Notes under the pieces: generated by a model
Told to the model about the DNA's origin: nothing
Databases searched by the model: none
The model's input: the letters and a program-made list of their open reading frames with translations, nothing else
Part shown: one piece after another, positions 58,555 to 64,000 of the stretch
Position numbering within the stretch: the stretch's first letter is position 1
How the letters are laid out: each line of letters opens with the position of its first letter
Position numbers and translations under genes: made by a program
Source: Eledone cirrhosa
Lineage: Eukaryota
DNA length: 64,000 nucleotides
Direction: 5' to 3'
NCBI GenBank assembly: GCA_964016885.1
Contig: OZ024743.1
Coordinates: forward strand, 300,204,001 to 300,268,000

Positions 58555-59265
58555 GGGTATCAAAAAATAAGCATGGTATTTATAGGTCTCTTCAGGTGGT
58601 AGGAGAGGGTAGGGAGTGGGATGAGTGTAGGTCATTGGTGATAGGAAAGGGAATTCATTAAAAGCTAATTCTTCAAAGCTATAGTTTATTTTTAGAGTAT
58701 CACAGGTACAAATAATTCTATAAACAAGTTCAGGATGGGGTGCCATTCCTTATTTTTAAGTTTCTCTTAAGCTAACAGGTGTCTATAAGATCATTGGGGG
58801 TCAGTCATGGTTGATGGATTTAAAGAAAAGGGAGATTATTTAAAAGCTAAATTCTTTAAGGTTCTACTAAGTGACAAAAGCCTAGAGAATTCTATAGACC
58901 AATTCAAAATATTGAGTGCATATCATACGATGATCTTCAAATTTCTCTTAAACTATTCAACTATATGCCAAAAATCAACAGACACATTCACGAACACACT
59001 CACTTACACACTCGCGCGCACCCACATACACCCACACATACATATATACACATAAGAGAGTATTGAAGTTTGCTTGAATCATTGTGGAACAATACGTAAA
59101 TATCTTTAAGTCGTTTGGAAGCCTCGACAATGCAAATGGGTAAATCTCCGAGTAACAACGTCCGGTGGTGGAGAGAGAGATGTAAGTGGGTGTACGTTGA
59201 GATGCGTGGTATGTATAAGATGTGTGAGATGTGTAGAATGAAGGGAAGAGTATATATATATATAT

Positions 59266-59318
<53 letters not shown>

Positions 59319-59441
59319 TATATATACGCACACACATACATATACACATATATATACACATATATATACACATACACATACATACATATATATATAAATA
59401 TATAATATATAATATCAAAATATGATTAAATGAGTTCCATG

Positions 59442-59512
59442 TATTTTATTATGCGCATTTCAAAAACAAATATCATCATGCAATAACATTTGTGTTTTCA
59501 TCAGATAAAATA
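59442..59512 (-). ncRNA. Type I hammerhead ribozyme, intact, at 3' end of near-full-length PLE
   Basis: Minus strand: tattttat-CTGATGA-~15-bp stem II-GAAA-tgcgca-TA-ataaaata. 8-bp stem I and palindromic ATGCGCAT. Confidence 0.9.
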
Positions 59513-59879
59513 GGAAGACATGATATGAAGGTTAAAAACACTTGTGGATAGTGCAGTTTTAAATCAACATATGAAAAGTAGTTTTAGATTGATGTGTGAT
59601 ATTGGAAAAAACATTTTTTTGTGGGGGGGGGGGGTGTAAAGGATGAAAGATAGGAGGAGATGAGAGTAAAAAGTGGAGGGGAGGAGTATAATGAGGAAGG
59701 ATGAGATAGGAGGAGAGATGGGTGATAGAGAGAGAGAGATAGCTTTTATAACTGAGAAAAATATATTGTTTTACATAGAGAGGTTGAAAAACCGTTGGAA
59801 GATAATGTATAAATTAAAAGAATTTGAAAATTAACGAAGAGAAAAATAATGTAAAGTTAAGGTTTGTATATTGAAGGGT

Positions 59880-60045
59880 GTAATAATATGTGCGATGAAA
59901 AAAATTGTTAATATGTATTAAGAATAATATTTAATGGTTTAATAATATGTGCGATGGAAAGACAATGTTAATATGTATTAAGTATAATATTTAAGGGTTT
60001 AATAATATGTGCGATGGAAAGAAAATGTTGATATGTAATATTAAA
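59880..60045. repeat. ~60-bp tandem repeat x ~3 in PLE 3' UTR
   Basis: taataatatgtgcgatg(a/g)aaa at 59881, 59940 and 60000. Confidence 0.9.
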
Positions 60046-60467
60046 AAAACAAAAGTAATGCAAGTAAGGATATATTGTGAGATGAGCATGAATAAATTAG
60101 ATGAAAGTGAGAAAAAATAATGAATAGAGGATGAATAATTTAACGTAAAAAAAATGTTTATGTTTACGAAGGATTTTTCAAAGTGATATGAAGTAAGAAT
60201 ATATTGTATTGTGTAATAATTGTTTCTATGTTAGGCACAGTGAGAAAAGGTACAGATTAGGGGTTAGAAATTACAAGAAAAAGAAAAGAAAAGGAAAAGG
60301 AAGAAAGGGAAGTGATAAATAGGAGTGATATAGAATATAATAAATAACTTTGAAATAAGGTAGAAAGATGGGTATATTTTTAAAGAAGTATATATATATA
60401 AAGTATATGTATATTAAGAAGTATATATATTTGAGAAAAGGATTCTGAATTGATAAAGTTTAGGATA

Positions 60468-62846
60468 TTAGCTGTATACTTTATGGAAAGTTCTGTGGAA
60501 TTTATGCAAGCAGATAGAAAACAAGGCAGTGCGTCTATTTATTATAGAATCTAAATTAGATATAATGGTACATTTTTCATTTAGACAGAGATTGCAAGTC
60601 TTGGATAGAGAACTGTTCAAATGGCTAAGCAGAGGAAACCTTTTTCCAAGAGATGTTATATTTAATATTTTTGTCTTTCTAGGACCATATGAGTTCTGAG
60701 AGAGCCGTGTTGGTTCTTTTAAGTTGGTATTTAAAAGACGAATGATGATTATAAAGACGAGGTTTAAAGGAGGTGGAAGTGGAGCCAAAATAGGTGAAGG
60801 AATTGGTGTCAGTTATAACTTTACATTCGTAGATTAATTTTTTATCAAGACAATGGTTGTTGAGAGGACATTTATTTTTAGCAGGGCAATTGCGATTAGA
60901 GAGATTATTAACGAGTGACCTAGTGTTATCTATAGAAAGAATTGGATTGGAGAAGTTATTTGCGATAGGAATAATAGTTTCTTGATTTAGAATGGGATTA
61001 AGAACATTTAGCGAAGTTGTGTTTGACGTTGTATTTGGGTTTGCAGAAATTAGCCTAGAGTTTACAGTGACGTCGGGAGTACTATTACTATTATTATGAT
61101 ATTCAGTGTTGGAAGGAAGAGATTTAGTATTTAGTATTTTATTATTGAGTTTAGATATAATGTTGGAAATGTTGGAGGATGTCGAATAGGAAAATGTTAT
61201 AGTGTGTTTGTTAAATATTTTACTATAGATATGTGAGGGAGGGAAGCATTTATTTAAGGCACTAACTAATAATTTAGGAATATTATTATAAATAGAGATG
61301 GAGAAAGGAGCATTATACCAGATTATGTTTTTGTATCTAGGTCTTTTATTAAAGTTATTGGAATGATCATGATTAATTATTCTACTGTAAGATGTTCTAG
61401 AATTTGTTTCTTTATTATATTTGATTTTATCAGGATAGCCTGCTTTAGAAAGTGCGTTATTATAGTAATTGGCGTTAGCATCGGATATGTTTTTATTAGA
61501 AGATAGGTTAGATATTCTTTTTCCAATATTACTAACTATAGCATTCTTAATATTAGTAGGGTGGTTAGATTTAAAATTAACATAATTTAGGTTCTCATTG
61601 TTTTTATGGTAAGGGTAATATAGGCCAGTGTCAAGATTAAGAAATACATCCAATAAATGAGCTAGTTCGATGCTGTTATCAAATTCAATATTTAGGTTAT
61701 GTTGGTTAAAGAGATTACGTATATTGTTCTTAATAATATTAAGGTTAACTGTGTTGCAATTTAAGATAGTAAAAAGTCCATCGACACGATAAATTCCACC
61801 GTGAAGTTCATGAATTTTCCGACTCAAAGAGTTCAAAATAAAGATACCAATTAAATCTGTCAATTGGGATGAATCGGATGCTCCCATTGTGATGTCGAAG
61901 TTGTTAGAGGTATCAGCTCTGGTCCAATATTCATTGTTGAACTCAAGGATGGTTTTACGTGCGGTGAGAATGATGTGAAGTTCATCTGTGGTGATGTCAG
62001 AATATTTAAGTGCGAAAGATAGAGCATTGTTGAGAAGTGAAGGCGAAATAGAAGAATAGTAGCTGGCAATATCAAATTGAACAAATTTTAGTTTGTTTTT
62101 ATTATTCAATTTGTTGAACCAGCCAATCACTTCAGAAGTACCAAACCATACATTTAAGTTCAAAGAAGAGCAATTAGAACGAACCTGTGGGATAATTCTA
62201 TCCAAGATGGCTTTACTAACAACCCCCAGATCTGATTTAGAGGGGGCGATTAATCTAACAGGTAATTCAGTGCGAAAATTGTTTTTGTGATCCTCGGAGT
62301 TCTTGGGAGGAATGTTTCGGTCTTTTTTCCGATGCCAAGTTTTGACATAATCTCAGAGGCTTCAAAGTTTATGGATTCTAAATTATCATGGTTGGTTTTA
62401 TGATATTTTTTCCTAAGTTCCTTTAGGATAAGGTTGTTATAATTATCCTTCGAAATACCATATACATTATTGGTTTTGTCAGAGGGGACTAAAACATTTT
62501 TTGAGGAATTTAGGTTTGAAATTGTGTTCTTGAGATTTACAAGGTGCTCTTGTCCTTTGTAAGGGTATCTCTTGAATTTAAGATTTTTTATAATATTTGT
62601 TAACTCTTCCTGGAATTGCACTAGATTTTTGTTGGAAGGAGGATTTCTTCTAGAGTTAAATAGATGATCGATGAAGTTATGTTCCTTGGTATAGAAGTTC
62701 CCTTTTAGGCGCTGGTCATAGAAATAAGCTATCCATCTAAGTTTTCTTACAAAGGAGTAAATTGTTTCAATTAGAAGTTTGGTGAATTCAGATTTACCAG
62801 GTATAGGAATGTCTTTAGTTGAATTGGTTATGTTGTAATAATCCAT
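60468..62846 (-). pseudogene. PLE RT/GIY-YIG polyprotein with two frameshifts and RDD->RVD
   Basis: QFDIASYYSSIS, FDITMGASDSSQLTDLIG, GIYRVDGL, SNHP, CPLNNHC..LIYECKV..YFGSTSTSFKPRLYNH, KTCNLCLNEK..CLHK. Confidence 0.93.
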
Positions 62847-63188
62847 GTTGTAGAAGAAAAAAGGTAAAGGACCATCAAAAGGTATCCAATATGAGAGTTA
62901 GCCCTCAACCGTTAAGGAGCAAGTTAATGTAGGAGGTGAGTTTTATTGTAGTACAATATATATATATTATGTATACTCCAGTCCTACAAACTGTAGAGTG
63001 CTTCTTATCCAATATCTACATTGCTTTATTGTACTAGAATAAAACTCACCTCCTATATATATATATATATATATACATATGTACATACACACATATATAC
63101 ACACATATACACATATACATGTAAATACACACACACATGTATATATATATATATATATACACACACATATATATATATATATATACAC

Positions 63189-63254
<66 letters not shown>

Positions 63255-63298
63255 ATATATATATAAATATATATATATATATACATACACATACACAT

Positions 63299-63353
<55 letters not shown>

Positions 63354-63355
63354 TG

Positions 63356-63387
<32 letters not shown>

Positions 63388-63761
63388 TATATACACATTT
63401 ATATACACACATACACACATACATAAATAAATACACACACAGAGAACCACACAAACACATCCACACCCACACACATATACACATACATATATACATACAT
63501 ACACACATATATATATATATGTGCGTATATGTGCGTGTGGGTGTGTGTGTTTATATATATATATATGTATATGTATGTGTGTGTGTGTGTATGTGTGCAT
63601 ATATGTGCGTGTGTGTGTGAACCTGTGTGCATGTCTGAATGTGAGTGTGCACACACGTGCACACAGGTATACACAAGTGTATCTGCAGGCGCATACATGT
63701 ACATACGTACACATGCGCACGCACGCGCGTGTGCACATGTATATGTGTGTGTATGTATATA

Positions 63762-63868
<107 letters not shown>

Positions 63869-64000
63869 TACATATTATATACACACACACGTATACATGT
63901 TCACACGAGCGTGCGTGCGCATGTTTACGTATGTACACGCATGCACCTGCAGATGCACATGTGTATACATGTGTGCACACTCACATGCACACATGCACAC

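Larger units (their letters stand above)
59415..62960 (-). mobile_element. Near-full-length Hydra-like Penelope element
   Basis: N-terminal domain, RT, linker, GIY-YIG, and a ~1-kb 3' UTR/pLTR with HHR. Flanked by (TA)n. Confidence 0.9.

Overview
AT-rich metazoan (eukaryotic) DNA, most likely from an octopod cephalopod. This is an inference from the Nin-domain SINEs and the extreme (TA)n/(CA)n density. No intact host gene is visible, only one plausible 57-nt exon. Nearly all long ORFs in the supplied track are microsatellite artefacts (IYIY/THTH). The window is a nest of Penelope-like retroelements (PLEs) of at least two clades, sitting in (TA)n tracts. They include one near-full-length Hydra-type element (59.4-62.9 kb, minus), two copies of a second PLE family (26.9-29.0 and 35.7-38.2 kb), and many 3' fragments and solo pLTRs. 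Also present are a decayed Sola2-like DNA transposon, a Tc1/mariner remnant, an L1/Tx1 RT remnant, RTE-like pieces, a non-autonomous Helitron and SINEs. The main hidden signal is roughly 30 hammerhead-ribozyme (HHR) motifs from more than 10 sequence families, on both strands. They include two families with a compensatory U3-A8 core, families with a conserved non-canonical 10.1/11.1 pair, fold-back head-to-head pairs with a ribozyme on each strand, and a ~513-bp tandem repeat carrying an atypically permuted, multi-stem, pseudoknotted HHR-like fold. All structures were read by eye and need computational and biochemical confirmation.
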